From Escherichia coli (GTDB lineage Bacteria > Pseudomonadota > Gammaproteobacteria > Enterobacterales > Enterobacteriaceae), in assembly GCF_046105845.1 (NCBI RefSeq), contig NZ_CP151004.1: 64,000 bases of DNA, one strand, 5' to 3'. Position 1 is the first letter of the stretch. Each line of letters starts with the position of its first letter. Below the pieces are notes generated by a model. The model had not been told where the DNA came from. It saw only the letters and a program-made list of their open reading frames with translations, and did no database searches. The translations under genes were made by a program, and so were the position numbers. Below, in pieces: positions 1-10,628 of the stretch.

Positions 1-177
1 GGTCTGGATAGTCAGCGCATTTGCCGGACAAGCACAGGCGCAGGCACCACAGGCAATACATTGGCTGGGCATCAGGTCCGGTTTCCCGCGAAAGCCTGGG
101 CTGACCTCCAGTGGCGCGAAGGGATATTTCACCGTCGCGGTTCCGGCGCGCATAATAGTTTTCAGTAACTTCAGCAT
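1..177 (-). CDS. hyfH: Hydrogenase-4 component H (HyfH), N-terminal part only; gene continues beyond window start
   Basis: Minus-strand translation from ATG at 177..175 reads [20 protein letters not shown]...[12 protein letters not shown] (4Fe-4S ferredoxin cysteine motif); begins 9 bp after hyfG stop. Confidence 0.85.
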
Positions 178-186
178 CTTCTGTCC

Positions 187-1902
187 TTACTTCAGCGGCG
201 AACGGTTACGATCAATGCCGTAGCGTTCGATCTCTTTATACGGCACGGTTTTTGACTGGCGCTTGCGCACATCAACCAGCGTCACACGGTCGGTACAGGA
301 GTAGCAGGGATCAAGGCTACCGATAATTAGCGGTGCGTCAGAAACGGTATTGCCGCGCAGCATGTAACGCAGCACTGGCCAGTTGGCGTAGGTGGCGGCA
401 CGACAGCGCCAGCGGAACAATTTTTGGTTATCACCGAGCATGCTCCAGTGCACGTCTTCACCGCGTGGCGCTTCAACAAAGCCCAGCGCGAATGCGTGAG
501 GTTTATAGCTAAAGCCTTCGGTCAGCAGTGGGGTATCCGGCATGTTGTCGAGGGCAAATTCCAGCATTGCCAGCGAATCAAACGTCTCTTTGACACGGAC
601 CATCACGCGGGAGAAGACATCGCCGCCGGTAAAGGTAAACAGCGTTTTGGGAATATTGCCGTAGTCGGCGTAGGGGTGATCAAAGCGCAAATCACGGGCA
701 AAACCACTGCCGCGGATCAGCGGCCCGACAGGGCTATAATCACGGGCGATTTGTCGGTCGAGAATGCCAATGCCCTGAGTGCGTTGTTCCATATTCGGCG
801 TGGCAAGCAGCATCTCTACCAGCTCCGACACGTCGGCGCGCATCTCGCGCACCAGTTTCAGCGTTTGCAGACGTTGCTCTTTGAGAATATCGCGGCGAAC
901 ACCACCAATCAGATTCAGACCGTAGGTTTTACGCGACCCGGTCAGCAATTCCGCCATCGTCATCGACTTTTCCCGCACGCGGAAAAATTGCATAAAGCCG
1001 GTATCAAATCCAACAAAATGGCAGGAGAGGCCAAGGTTGAGCAAATGACTATGCAGCCGTTCGACTTCCAGCAGAATCGAGCGAATAGTATGCGCTCGTT
1101 GCGGCACCTCAATCCCCAGTGCATTTTCAACCGAGTTGGTATAGGCCACACTGTGGGCAAAACCGCAAATCCCACACACGCGGTCGGATAAGAAGGTCAC
1201 TTCGTTGTAGCCCATCCGCGTTTCTGCCAGTTTCTCCATGCCGCGATGGACATAAAACAGGCGGTAATCAGCATCGACAATTTGCTCGCCATCCACAAAC
1301 AAGCGGAAGTGACCTGGTTCATCGGAGGTGATATGCAGCGGGCCGACAGGGATCACCCGCGCATCGCTGTTGCCCTCGTTGATAAACGGATACGTTTCGG
1401 TATCAGTCGTCGGTTCTGGGCGCAGTCGATAATCCATCGCGTCTTTGCGCAGCGGATGCATATCTTCCGGCCAGTCATCGGGCAACACCAGCCGACGCTG
1501 ATCCGGCAGGCCAACCGGAATCAGCCCGTACATATCGCGAATTTCTCGCTCGCCCCAGACCGCGGCAGGGACGCGCGGTGTGACTGACGGAAACTCCCGA
1601 CTGTCGGCATCGACCAGTGCCTTCACCACAATCCAGCATTTTTCGGCCCCTTCCATAGAAAGGGCGTAATAAACCGCGTAATGACCGTTAAGTGTCCGCT
1701 CGTCGTTGCCAAACAGGACCGGAAGCCAGCCATCATGTTGATAATAAAGATAATGTACAACGTCAGGCAGCAGATTGATTTTCACCGTAATGGTGACCTG
1801 TTCAGGCGTTTGTCGCTCTTCATCCAGCACCGCGCCGGGGAACTGCGTTTTCAGGGCGGCGAGAATCGCTTCGCCACGATTTGACGATGAATTAACGTTC
1901 AC
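187..1902 (-). CDS. hyfG: Hydrogenase-4 large NiFe catalytic subunit HyfG
   Basis: ORF in track (187..1947); NiFe large-subunit motifs DRVCGICG and C-terminal DPCYSCTDR; start placed at GTG 1902 preceded by GGAGA, overlapping hyfF stop; exact start uncertain. Confidence 0.88.
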   Translation of the reverse strand: MNVNSSSNRGEAILAALKTQFPGAVLDEERQTPEQVTITVKINLLPDVVHYLYYQHDGWLPVLFGNDERTLNGHYAVYYALSMEGAEKCWIVVKALVDADSREFPSVTPRVPAAVWGEREIRDMYGLIPVGLPDQRRLVLPDDWPEDMHPLRKDAMDYRLRPEPTTDTETYPFINEGNSDARVIPVGPLHITSDEPGHFRLFVDGEQIVDADYRLFYVHRGMEKLAETRMGYNEVTFLSDRVCGICGFAHSVAYTNSVENALGIEVPQRAHTIRSILLEVERLHSHLLNLGLSCHFVGFDTGFMQFFRVREKSMTMAELLTGSRKTYGLNLIGGVRRDILKEQRLQTLKLVREMRADVSELVEMLLATPNMEQRTQGIGILDRQIARDYSPVGPLIRGSGFARDLRFDHPYADYGNIPKTLFTFTGGDVFSRVMVRVKETFDSLAMLEFALDNMPDTPLLTEGFSYKPHAFALGFVEAPRGEDVHWSMLGDNQKLFRWRCRAATYANWPVLRYMLRGNTVSDAPLIIGSLDPCYSCTDRVTLVDVRKRQSKTVPYKEIERYGIDRNRSPLK

Positions 1903-3472
1903 TGTGTTTCTCCGAAACAGATGCGGTGCCTGAAGGCAAAAAATCATGCCAGGTGCTACGTTGTGCAGGCAGGTCGTGCGTCCCTGAGAGGACTATAGTG
2001 GAAGCGCCTGCCAGGATCCTGATGACAGGTTGTGGAATATGCGTTCCCATCGCCAGCATCATGACCAGCAGAATCACCATTGGCGAGGTGGTCAACCAGC
2101 CAAGTTCACCCCGGTTAACGGCCTGCGGCGGTTTCGCCATTAACACCCGCGCAGCCATCCGTACCAGGCCCGCCAGCACCAGCGTTAACAGCAATAACAG
2201 CAGGACGATAAGCAGCAGATGATTACGCGCCAGTCCGGCGGTAACGGTCATAAATTCGCTAAGAAAAATGTTGAAGGGCGGCATCCCGGCCAGCGCCAGC
2301 GCACCGCCGCCAAACAACACGGCGGTAAATGGCATGATTTTGAGCATCCCACAGACGACGTTGAGATCGCGCGTGCCGTACTTGAGCAGTACATTGCCGG
2401 AACCGCAGAACAACAGCGTTTTGGCCAGACTGTGGTTTAAGGTGTGCAGCAGCGCGGCAAAAATTCCCAGCGGCCCGCCAATGCCTAACGCCACCGCGAC
2501 CAGTCCCATGTTCTCCACGCTGGAGTACGCCAGCAGACGCTTAATGTCCCGCTGTACCAGAATGAAAAATGCCGCCACGGCAACCGACAACATGCCGAAG
2601 ATGAGCAACAACCGGTTGGGGAAATCGCTGCCGATGGCCTGGCAAATAATGATGTAATAGCGAATCAGCACCAACAGCGCGCAGTTCAGCAATACGGCGG
2701 AGAGCAGGGCGCTGACCGGACTCGGCGCTTCACTGTGAGCATCCGGCAGCCAGGCGTGCATGGGAAATAGCCCGGTTTTGGTGCCAAAGCCAATTAGCAC
2801 AAACACAAAGGCCAACAGCATTAATGTTGGGTCAAGCAAGGACGATTGCTTAAGAACCTCGCTCCAGAATATCGCCATTTCTGCCTGCGGCATAACGCTG
2901 GCGGCGTTGGCGTATACCAGCACGGTACCGAACAGACCAAAAGCGACACCAACAGTACAAATAATGATGTACTTCCATGCAGCTTCCAGCGATGAACGCT
3001 GACCGTAAATGCCTACCAGAAACGCCGAGCTTAAGGTGGTGGCTTCGATCGCCGCCCACATCACAATCAGGTTATTGCTGGTAACAACCAGCAGCATGGT
3101 GAACAAAAACAGATGGAAGAAACCGTAGTAATCGCACAGCGTAACGGGTGAAAGCTCGCCGTGCTCCACTTCATGACGCATGTAGCCAATCGAGTAAACA
3201 CCGGTGAGAAAGCCAATCACACCAAGAATGGCGAGGAACAAACCGCCCAGACCATCAATATGAAGCCACAGTCCCGCAGCGAATATTTCTCCCGCATCAG
3301 CGGCAGTTTGGACCACCCAGAGTGCCAGAATCAGCAGCAGTGTGATCCCTAAGCTATGTAATACTGTCACCGCGCAAGTCGCAGAGTGCCCCCGTTTCCG
3401 GCAGGCAAAACAGAGCAGCGAAAAAAGCAGCGGCGTGAGCAGGAGTAAAGCGAACATCACAGAATAACTCAT
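1892..3472 (-). CDS. hyfF: Hydrogenase-4 membrane subunit HyfF (complex I antiporter-like)
   Basis: 526 aa polytopic membrane ORF, position in hyf operon, NuoN/NuoM-like sequence. Confidence 0.92.
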   Translation of the reverse strand: MSYSVMFALLLLTPLLFSLLCFACRKRGHSATCAVTVLHSLGITLLLILALWVVQTAADAGEIFAAGLWLHIDGLGGLFLAILGVIGFLTGVYSIGYMRHEVEHGELSPVTLCDYYGFFHLFLFTMLLVVTSNNLIVMWAAIEATTLSSAFLVGIYGQRSSLEAAWKYIIICTVGVAFGLFGTVLVYANAASVMPQAEMAIFWSEVLKQSSLLDPTLMLLAFVFVLIGFGTKTGLFPMHAWLPDAHSEAPSPVSALLSAVLLNCALLVLIRYYIIICQAIGSDFPNRLLLIFGMLSVAVAAFFILVQRDIKRLLAYSSVENMGLVAVALGIGGPLGIFAALLHTLNHSLAKTLLFCGSGNVLLKYGTRDLNVVCGMLKIMPFTAVLFGGGALALAGMPPFNIFLSEFMTVTAGLARNHLLLIVLLLLLLTLVLAGLVRMAARVLMAKPPQAVNRGELGWLTTSPMVILLVMMLAMGTHIPQPVIRILAGASTIVLSGTHDLPAQRSTWHDFLPSGTASVSEKHSER

Positions 3473-3476
3473 CTCA

Positions 3477-4127
3477 TTATCCCTTCAGCGCGGTCAAGTT
3501 GTTCACGTCCAGCGTGCCGTGGGTACGCCATATTTTTCTTGCCAGTAACACCATCACAATGACGGCGAAGATGGCGTCGGTAGCGATACCAATTTCCACC
3601 AGTTCCGGTGCACGCCAGGCTAGAAGCGCCAGCACCAGATGGGAGCCGTTTTCCATCAGGCAGTAACCAAAGATTTGCCGCAGGATATTGCGCTGGCTGA
3701 CAATGCACAGCAGGCCAAGCAGAAAATGACCTAACGCTACCGCCAGCGCCGGTTTCAGCCCGGTAGCCATCGGTAGCTTCACGGGCTGAACGACAAATGC
3801 GCAAAGCAGGACAATTAACGCCGCGAGCAGTGCCATCATTGCCGGACCGAATAACGCTTTTTCCGGGATATTCTGGGGAATATTTCGTGCAGCGTAAGTC
3901 ATGATTAACGGTACCAGCAGCACTTTGGTGATAAAGGCGCTGGCGGACCAGATCAGCAGTTGCTCTGCGGCGAACAGGCACGAGAGAGTGGCGAAAATAG
4001 ACACCAGCACCAGCGACTGGCAGGCGTAAAATCCGCATGACAGGCGATAGCTTTTGACGCTAATCACAAACAGCGATGTCAGCATCATCAGTCCCGCCAG
4101 ATTATTTACGATCATAGAACCGGTCAT
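3477..4127 (-). CDS. hyfE: Hydrogenase-4 membrane subunit HyfE
   Basis: 216 aa hydrophobic ORF between hyfF and hyfD. Confidence 0.9.
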   Translation of the reverse strand: MTGSMIVNNLAGLMMLTSLFVISVKSYRLSCGFYACQSLVLVSIFATLSCLFAAEQLLIWSASAFITKVLLVPLIMTYAARNIPQNIPEKALFGPAMMALLAALIVLLCAFVVQPVKLPMATGLKPALAVALGHFLLGLLCIVSQRNILRQIFGYCLMENGSHLVLALLAWRAPELVEIGIATDAIFAVIVMVLLARKIWRTHGTLDVNNLTALKG

Positions 4128-4138
4128 TCATCATCTCC

Positions 4139-5578
4139 TTACTGCAACCAGGTCGCGGCGATTACGCTGGAAATCAGCGACATCACAATCAGTACAATCA
4201 ACACCAGGCGCATTGATCCTGGCAGCGGTGCGGCATCGGCGACGGCCTCGCTCGGTTTGCCAGGCACGACGCGACCAAACCAGCGAATAAACCAGGCGAA
4301 ACTGGCGACCGATTCAATCATCAGCAGAATCATGGCGGGCAGCAGGATCCAGTACTCCACTGACAACGCAAAACCGGCGGCAAACAGCGGGAATTTACTG
4401 AAGAAGCCGTTGAACGGCGGTACGCCGGTAATCGCCAGCGCTGCCACGCAGAAACCCACGCCTGGCAACGGCAGGGTGTGCAATACGCCACGCAGACGCG
4501 GCAACAAGCGCGTGCCGCAGCTGTAACTCAGCGCACCTGCTACAAGGAAAAACAGGCTTTTAGCGAACGCGTGGTTGACGATGTAGGCGATGCTACCCTC
4601 CAGCGCCAGCCGCGAGCCGAAGATGGAGAGCGACAAGCCGAAGAACATCCAGCCAAGTTGAGTGATGGTCGACCAGGCCAGCAACCGCTTCATATCCTGC
4701 TGTGGCAAATACATCAGGAAGCCGTAAAGAATGGTGACCAGTGCCATAACCATGCCAACGCCGCCAATCACATGCGGGATATTGCCGCCGTCGATAATGG
4801 CACGGGCAAAAATGTAAACGCCCACTTTCACCATCGATGCGGCGTGGAGATAGGCGCTGATCGGTGTTGGCGCTTCCATTGCGTCCGGTAGCCACGCTTG
4901 CATCGGTAGCTGGGCCGATTTCCCCCACGCGGCAAACAGGATGCCGCCATAAACCAGATAACGTGCGTCGCCGTGTAACTCGCTCATCGCGCTAAGCGCA
5001 AACGTTCCGGTCTGCAAAAACAGCGTGGCGGCGGCAAGATACAACCCCAGCGAACCGATATGAGTGATAAGTAACGCTTTTAGTGCTGAACGCTGCGCTT
5101 TATCGCTCTGGTAATAACTGATCAACGCCCAGGAGCAGCCGCCCGTAATTTCAAAAAACAACAACTGACCGAGCAGCGTCGAGGAGAGTACCAGTCCCGC
5201 CATCGCGCCGATAAAAACCAGCAAAAATGCGTAATAACGATTCGTGCCGTTATGCGGGTGTTCGCGATTTTTATCCGTCAGATAACCCGTGGAGTAGATC
5301 GTGACCAGCAAACCGAGAAACACCACCACAAACAGAATCAGCGTACTCACGCGATCAATGACCAGGCCAAACAACGCCACATCCCCCACGTTGACCAACG
5401 TCAACGTGACGGCAACTTTATCGGCCTGATAAAACGCGGAGATCAGTGACAACATGCACAGCGTGGTCAGCGCGGCGAACAAAACCCCCCATTCGGCGGC
5501 CCGACGTTGTGGCGAAAACGAAACGACCAGTGCGCCGATAAAAGGCAGCATTAACGTCGTCAGAGCAAGATTTTCCAT
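4139..5578 (-). CDS. hyfD: Hydrogenase-4 membrane subunit HyfD (antiporter-like)
   Basis: 479 aa polytopic ORF with NuoL/M-like sequence (WLPDAMEAPTP). Confidence 0.92.
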   Translation of the reverse strand: MENLALTTLMLPFIGALVVSFSPQRRAAEWGVLFAALTTLCMLSLISAFYQADKVAVTLTLVNVGDVALFGLVIDRVSTLILFVVVFLGLLVTIYSTGYLTDKNREHPHNGTNRYYAFLLVFIGAMAGLVLSSTLLGQLLFFEITGGCSWALISYYQSDKAQRSALKALLITHIGSLGLYLAAATLFLQTGTFALSAMSELHGDARYLVYGGILFAAWGKSAQLPMQAWLPDAMEAPTPISAYLHAASMVKVGVYIFARAIIDGGNIPHVIGGVGMVMALVTILYGFLMYLPQQDMKRLLAWSTITQLGWMFFGLSLSIFGSRLALEGSIAYIVNHAFAKSLFFLVAGALSYSCGTRLLPRLRGVLHTLPLPGVGFCVAALAITGVPPFNGFFSKFPLFAAGFALSVEYWILLPAMILLMIESVASFAWFIRWFGRVVPGKPSEAVADAAPLPGSMRLVLIVLIVMSLISSVIAATWLQ

Positions 5579-5594
5579 ATTCCGTCAGTGCTCC

Positions 5595-6542
5595 TTACAG
5601 ACCGGTTAACCAGAAGACCCATGCAAGCGCAGCAAGGCTGAAGCCAAGCCAGGTCACATGGTGAATGAGTAAAAAACGCCCGCGTGCCAGCGTGTTTTCT
5701 GCGATTGAGGCCAGTACAAAAATCAGCAAAACCTTGAGCAGCGTAACGACAAGAGAAGTCAGCAGGCAGGCGAGAGAAAGTTCTTGCGCGCGCCCAAAGG
5801 GCAGAAACAGGGCCACAAACAGTGCTGCCATCACGACCTGTTTCAGCCCCAGCCCCCATTTCGCCAGCGCCAGCCCGGCACCGGAATATTCGGTCAGCGG
5901 GCCTTCCTGTAATTCCTGTTCTGCTTCAGCAACATCAAAGGGAATTTTTCCCATCTCAATGAAGCAGGCAAAACCACAGGCCAGTAACGCCAGTACGGTG
6001 GTTAGCGGCGAGTTCCAGCCCGTCGCCAGCGTCTTGCTGATCATCTCGATATGCGTGGAATCCGCTATCAGCGCCAATACCAGCAGTGAGAGAATGAGCA
6101 TGGGTTCGACCAGAATGCCGAGCGTCAACTCGCGACTGGCACCGACTCCCGCAAACGGGCTTCCGGTATCCAGCCCTGAAAGAGCAAAGAAAAAACGAAA
6201 CAGGGCAAGAAGATAGATAAGGGTGATCAGATCGCCGCCGCCCGCAAAAGGGGAAACGGTAATAAATAGTGGCAGGGCCATCGCCAGCACCAGCATGCTG
6301 CTGATTAATACCCACGGCATCAGGCGGAACATCAGACCTGAAGATGTCGGCGCAACTTCCTGGCGTTTAAACAGTTTGTGGATATCGCGATAATCCTGCC
6401 AGATCCCCGGTCCGCGACGGGAGTGCATTCGCGCGCGTATCTGCCGGGAAATACCCGTAAAAAGCGGGGTTAGCATCAGCAGAATCACGGCCTGTGCTAA
6501 CGCAAAAATGACCAGATATCCGTCGCAAAGAGTTTGTCTCAT
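5595..6542 (-). CDS. hyfC: Hydrogenase-4 membrane subunit HyfC (NuoH/HycD-like)
   Basis: Track ORF 5595..6563; start moved to ATG 6542 (MRQTL...), 315 aa, 11 bp after hyfB stop. Confidence 0.9.
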   Translation of the reverse strand: MRQTLCDGYLVIFALAQAVILLMLTPLFTGISRQIRARMHSRRGPGIWQDYRDIHKLFKRQEVAPTSSGLMFRLMPWVLISSMLVLAMALPLFITVSPFAGGGDLITLIYLLALFRFFFALSGLDTGSPFAGVGASRELTLGILVEPMLILSLLVLALIADSTHIEMISKTLATGWNSPLTTVLALLACGFACFIEMGKIPFDVAEAEQELQEGPLTEYSGAGLALAKWGLGLKQVVMAALFVALFLPFGRAQELSLACLLTSLVVTLLKVLLIFVLASIAENTLARGRFLLIHHVTWLGFSLAALAWVFWLTGL

Positions 6543-6552
6543 GGTGATTTCC

Positions 6553-8571
6553 TTAGACGGCAATAGCGATTAGCAGCACAACCAGTGCGGCGACCACATA
6601 CAGGCAATAGAGACGAAAGTCGCCGCTTTGCAGATGCTGTATTTCTTTGGCCAGCCGTTGGGTGGCGCTCACGATGGGGCGGATCACCCGCTCATCCCAG
6701 AAGGGTTCTGTGCTCTGAGCCCTGGCGGTGACATGCGCAAGACCTTTGTTCAGCCTCAGCGTAGGGTCGAGCTGTTGTCGTAGACGAAATAGCGCACAAA
6801 AGACCACACGCAGCGGCTGCATCACGCCATTGCCTGACGGGGCCATCGCATTTTCCCAGCCGTAGCCGCATGCCCAGGCATCTCCTGTGCGACGAAACGC
6901 TGCGCGGCGCGAACGACACCACAGCCAGTAAAGGCCAGGCAGCAAAGGCATCGCCAGTAGTAACAGCAACAGTAATGAGGGAGTGACCCGTGTATGAAAC
7001 GTGCCGGGTACAAGTGCTATTCCGCTGGCGACAGTGACGGGAGGGGTATTGGTAAACGCATGGGCAATGTGCATTATCTTCGGTGCCAGCCAACTGGCAC
7101 TAAGCGCAATTAATATGCAGAGTGCCGCGAGCAGTAGCATGGCGACGATCATCGTATTTGGCACTTCCTGTGCCTCTTCAGCGTGTGTACTGCGCGGCGC
7201 TCCACAGAAAGTAATACCGTACATTTTGACGAAGCACATTACTGCCAGCCCACCAGTGACTGCCAGCATCACCATAGCAATAGGACCCGCAAGTTGTAGC
7301 GCTACGGCTTCCACACGACTTAGTGAGAACAGCGACTGCCAGGTGTACCATTCGCTGATAAAACCATTCAGCGGAGGAATGGCTGATATCGCGAGGCAAC
7401 CAATCAGGCATGCTGCGGCTGTCCACGGCATACGTTTCGCCAGTGCCCCCATTTTTTCCATGTCGTGGGTATGCAAACGCGAAATAATCGCACCCGCGCC
7501 GAGAAACAGCAGCCCTTTGAACAGCGCATGGTTGAGCAGATGAAACAGCGCGCCGAGCAGTCCAACAACGGTGAGCAGCGGGTCGTGCAGTGACAGACCG
7601 ACCATCGCCACACCGACCGCCAGCAAAATAATGCCGACGTTTTCGACGGTACTCCAGGCCAGCAGCCGTTTGATATCCTGTTCCGCCAGCGCATACAGCA
7701 CGCCCAGGAGCGCGGAGATTGCGCCGATCGCCATCACCAGAATGCCCCACCACAGCGGCAAACCCGTTTGCGCCAGCAGGTCCATCGCTACTTTCAGGAT
7801 GCCGAAAATACCGATTTTGACCATTACGCCAGACATCAACGCCGAAGCGTGCGATGGTGCGGCAGGGTGAGCGCGTGGCAACCAGCTGTGCAACGGCATC
7901 ATCCCGGCTTTCGCGCCAAAACCGAAGAAGGCCAGCAGGAACACCGCCGACGCCAGCCCCGGAGAAAGTGAAAGCGTGCGGAAACTGGCAAAATCGAGGC
8001 TGCCGCTTTCGCGCCACATCAGCAAGAAGGCGATCATAATCAGCACCGATCCGGCGTGGGCGATAAAAAAGTAGAGCATGCCAGCGTTGATCGACGTTTT
8101 ATCCTGCCTGGCAATGACCAGAAACCAGGAAGACAGCGACATCATTTCAAACAGCACGATGAACCAAAAAGCGTTGTCCATCACCAGCAGGGCAACCATC
8201 GATGCGATGAAAATATTCATAAAGAAGCCCATCGCCGCCGCGCCTTTGCCCTCGTATTCGCGCATATAAGTCAATGAATAGAGCGAACAAACTACCACCA
8301 GCAAGGAGATAACCAGCACCATAAATGCCGAGAGGCTATCCATTCGCAGGGTTAAATCGGCAAAGTCAAAAGGGGTTGCAAAACGGGCGACTAAAGTTAC
8401 GCCTGCATGTAATTGCGTAATTCCGCTGATGATGCCAATCACGCCGCCCACCAGCGATGTGATGCCGGAAAGCTTAATAGCCAGTCTGTCCAGACCGAGT
8501 AAAAACAGCGAAGCCAGACTGGCAAACAGATAGAGAATCAGCGACCAGGTTAATAATTGCAGGGCATCCAT
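6553..8571 (-). CDS. hyfB: Hydrogenase-4 membrane subunit HyfB (NuoL/HycC-like)
   Basis: 672 aa polytopic ORF, antiporter-like motifs (WLPRAHPAAPS). Confidence 0.93.
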   Translation of the reverse strand: MDALQLLTWSLILYLFASLASLFLLGLDRLAIKLSGITSLVGGVIGIISGITQLHAGVTLVARFATPFDFADLTLRMDSLSAFMVLVISLLVVVCSLYSLTYMREYEGKGAAAMGFFMNIFIASMVALLVMDNAFWFIVLFEMMSLSSWFLVIARQDKTSINAGMLYFFIAHAGSVLIMIAFLLMWRESGSLDFASFRTLSLSPGLASAVFLLAFFGFGAKAGMMPLHSWLPRAHPAAPSHASALMSGVMVKIGIFGILKVAMDLLAQTGLPLWWGILVMAIGAISALLGVLYALAEQDIKRLLAWSTVENVGIILLAVGVAMVGLSLHDPLLTVVGLLGALFHLLNHALFKGLLFLGAGAIISRLHTHDMEKMGALAKRMPWTAAACLIGCLAISAIPPLNGFISEWYTWQSLFSLSRVEAVALQLAGPIAMVMLAVTGGLAVMCFVKMYGITFCGAPRSTHAEEAQEVPNTMIVAMLLLAALCILIALSASWLAPKIMHIAHAFTNTPPVTVASGIALVPGTFHTRVTPSLLLLLLLAMPLLPGLYWLWCRSRRAAFRRTGDAWACGYGWENAMAPSGNGVMQPLRVVFCALFRLRQQLDPTLRLNKGLAHVTARAQSTEPFWDERVIRPIVSATQRLAKEIQHLQSGDFRLYCLYVVAALVVLLIAIAV

Positions 8572-9188
8572 TAGCGTTGCTCCTGAGTGAGGGAAAGGGG
8601 ATCCTCCTCGCCATTGGCAAACCAGCTTGCGGCAAGGCGCTGTTTTTCTTTCATCTGACGTTGCAGGCTATCGTCGGTGATCAGCCGTAACGCCTGATTC
8701 GGGCAAGCGCGAACGCAGGCCGGACCTTCTGGCAAGAAATCACACAGGTCGCATTTCACCGCGACGGTCTGGACACCCGGTTCCCAGCGCAGCAAAGCAT
8801 GTTGTGTTGGCGCGTTTTCTTCGCCGTCTTTGAGTGAGCCTTCAGCCTGAAAAACATATTGCGCAGGGGCATTCACCGGACGGCTTCCTGAAGCGCTGAT
8901 TGCGCCAAATGGGCAGACCACGGCGCAAAGCTTGCAGCCAATACAGAGGCTTTCGTTGAGTTGGATCGCATCATCCCTCTGGGAGATGGCATTGACCGGG
9001 CAGACCTGCAGGCAAGGGGCTTCCTCACAGTGATGACACACGACAGGGGCAGTGAGTGTTGACGTCTTCGCCAGGGCCAGGCGCGGGTGTTGCTGTAAAC
9101 CTTGCGTTTTATGCACGTCCGAACAGGCAGCGAGACAGGTATTACATCCTGTACACCACAGTGGTTCGGCCACCACAAAGCGGTTCAT
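8571..9188 (-). CDS. hyfA: Hydrogenase-4 ferredoxin-type Fe-S subunit HyfA
   Basis: Multiple CxxCxxCxxxCP motifs (CTGCNTCLAACS, CHHCEEAPCLQVCP, CIGCKLCAVVCP); ATG 9188 preceded by AAGGAG. Confidence 0.93.
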   Translation of the reverse strand: MNRFVVAEPLWCTGCNTCLAACSDVHKTQGLQQHPRLALAKTSTLTAPVVCHHCEEAPCLQVCPVNAISQRDDAIQLNESLCIGCKLCAVVCPFGAISASGSRPVNAPAQYVFQAEGSLKDGEENAPTQHALLRWEPGVQTVAVKCDLCDFLPEGPACVRACPNQALRLITDDSLQRQMKEKQRLAASWFANGEEDPLSLTQEQR

Positions 9189-9229
9189 GTCGGCTCCTTG
9201 AAAATGATATGAAACATTGCATTTCATAT

Positions 9230-9246
9230 TGCATAAAGGATGCCAG
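9230..9246 (-). promoter_or_regulatory. Sigma-54 (-24/-12) promoter of the hyf operon
   Basis: Minus strand reads cTGGCATcctttaTGCA, matching TGGCAC-N5-TTGCA with GG and GC correctly spaced; about 40 bp upstream of hyfA ATG; hyf is known to be sigma-54 dependent. Confidence 0.7.
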
Positions 9247-9340
9247 TCTTATTAATTTAATATATTCAATAAGTTATGAATTAACTGGATTCTGAACGGT
9301 ACAAAAATGATGGTCATTAACGTTCAGCAAAAAATGGATT

Positions 9341-9385
9341 CGACACCCGTGTCGCAGGGGAAAGTGAGAATGTGATCTTGGTCAC
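9341..9385 (-). promoter_or_regulatory. Candidate upstream activator sites (two short inverted repeats) for the hyf sigma-54 promoter
   Basis: cgacacCCgtgtcg (9341..9354) and gtgaTCTTGGtcac (9372..9385), roughly 100-140 bp upstream of the -24 element; inference only. Confidence 0.3.
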
Positions 9386-9440
9386 GAGAAGTGAGGTGTG
9401 CTGACCACAAGCGCAGCCAGCACGGAATGGAGCAAAGTAA

Positions 9441-9911
9441 TCAGGCGTGTTCTTTCAGCCAGTTCAGCACAACGTCGTGGTGATTGCTGGTTTTGAAATC
9501 GTCAAAGACATGTTCGATTTTGCCATCAGCGTCAATCAGGAAGCTGATGCGATGAATACCATCGTAGGTTTTGCCCATGAAGGACTTTTCACCCCAGACG
9601 CCGAATTGTTCGCACACCTGGTGGTCCTCATCAGACAGGAGCGTAAAGTTAAGCAGCTCTTTTTCCGCAAAACGGGAGAGTTTTTCGGGTTTATCGGTGC
9701 TGATACCCAGCACATCAACGCCCGCTTTTTTCAACTCATCCATGTTATCGCGTAAGCCGCAGGCCTGTACGGTACAGCCGGGGGTCATGGCTTTCGGGTA
9801 GAAATAAACCAGAACACGCTGTCCCTGGAAGTCGGTCAAATTAACTTGTTCTCCGTCTTGATCCGGCAAGCTAAATTTCGGTGCGATATCACCGGCTTTC
9901 AGTGGATTCAT
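9441..9911 (-). CDS. bcp: Thiol peroxidase Bcp (peroxiredoxin)
   Basis: 156 aa; MNPLKAGDIAPKFSLPDQDGEQV... with peroxidatic Cys context (PGCT). Confidence 0.95.
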   Translation of the reverse strand: MNPLKAGDIAPKFSLPDQDGEQVNLTDFQGQRVLVYFYPKAMTPGCTVQACGLRDNMDELKKAGVDVLGISTDKPEKLSRFAEKELLNFTLLSDEDHQVCEQFGVWGEKSFMGKTYDGIHRISFLIDADGKIEHVFDDFKTSNHHDVVLNWLKEHA

Positions 9912-10483
9912 TACTTAACTCCATCCTGTTCATCATGTTGGGAATAATTGACGACGTTAATACTGCCTTGTGCATTGAGTTCTGTACATAGGGCTTTGAA
10001 TGCTTGCTCAATATTTGCTGAGTCCGCAGATGCGGGGCTGTGGGCGGTTATCTGAATATGCAACTGCGCAGCCCGTTTATTTTCAGCAGGTTGCGTGCGC
10101 GACACCAGCTCCGCAATGTTCATATGATGCGCGTCGAAAAGTGCTGTGAAGCGTTCAATTAAATGCGGGGAGTCTGCCACATCGACCTGAACCCAGACAG
10201 ATGCTGGCATTGGCGGACGCGGACGCGCCGTCGTGCGCTTCATCACGATTAAAAGATCCAGCTCGGCACCTTTCAACGGTAACGTTGATTCAATCAGAGT
10301 AATGGCATTCCATGAACCGGAAAGCAGCATGATAAACGTGAACTCTTCTCCCAGCATCGCCAGGCGACTGTCTTCAATATTACAGCCGCAACTACTGACA
10401 TGACGGGTGATGGTGTTCACAATTCCAGGGCGATCGGCACCCAACGCAGTGATCACCAGATAATGTTGCGATGACAGTGTCAA
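9911..10483 (-). CDS. gcvR: Glycine cleavage system transcriptional repressor GcvR
   Basis: Start placed at TTG 10483 giving 190 aa (TLSSQHYLVITALGADRPGIV...); the track ORF is an upstream extension. Confidence 0.88.
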   Translation of the reverse strand: MTLSSQHYLVITALGADRPGIVNTITRHVSSCGCNIEDSRLAMLGEEFTFIMLLSGSWNAITLIESTLPLKGAELDLLIVMKRTTARPRPPMPASVWVQVDVADSPHLIERFTALFDAHHMNIAELVSRTQPAENKRAAQLHIQITAHSPASADSANIEQAFKALCTELNAQGSINVVNYSQHDEQDGVK

Positions 10484-10628
10484 ACTGGTTATTCCTTTAA
10501 GGGGTGAGTTGTTCTTAAGGAAAGCATAAAAAAAACATGCATACAACAATCAGAACGGTTCTGTCTGCTTGCTTTTAATGCCATACCAAACGTACCATTG
10601 AGACACTTGTTTGCACAGAGGATGGCCC

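Noticed and set aside
187-1947. Extended ORF versions in the six-frame track (for example 586 aa hyfG, 688 aa tktB, 370 aa murR, 462 aa yfeW, 178 aa ypeA, 212 aa gcvR)
   Set aside because: These are longest-ORF artefacts. The track begins at the first upstream ATG, GTG or TTG. Internal starts that give the expected protein N-termini have better ribosome-binding sites and do not run through the upstream gene.
9386-9440. Intrinsic terminator for bcp
   Set aside because: There is a hairpin-capable segment (gtgctg...cagcac) but no U-tract after it, so I did not call a terminator; bcp transcription may end by another mechanism or read toward the hyf promoter.
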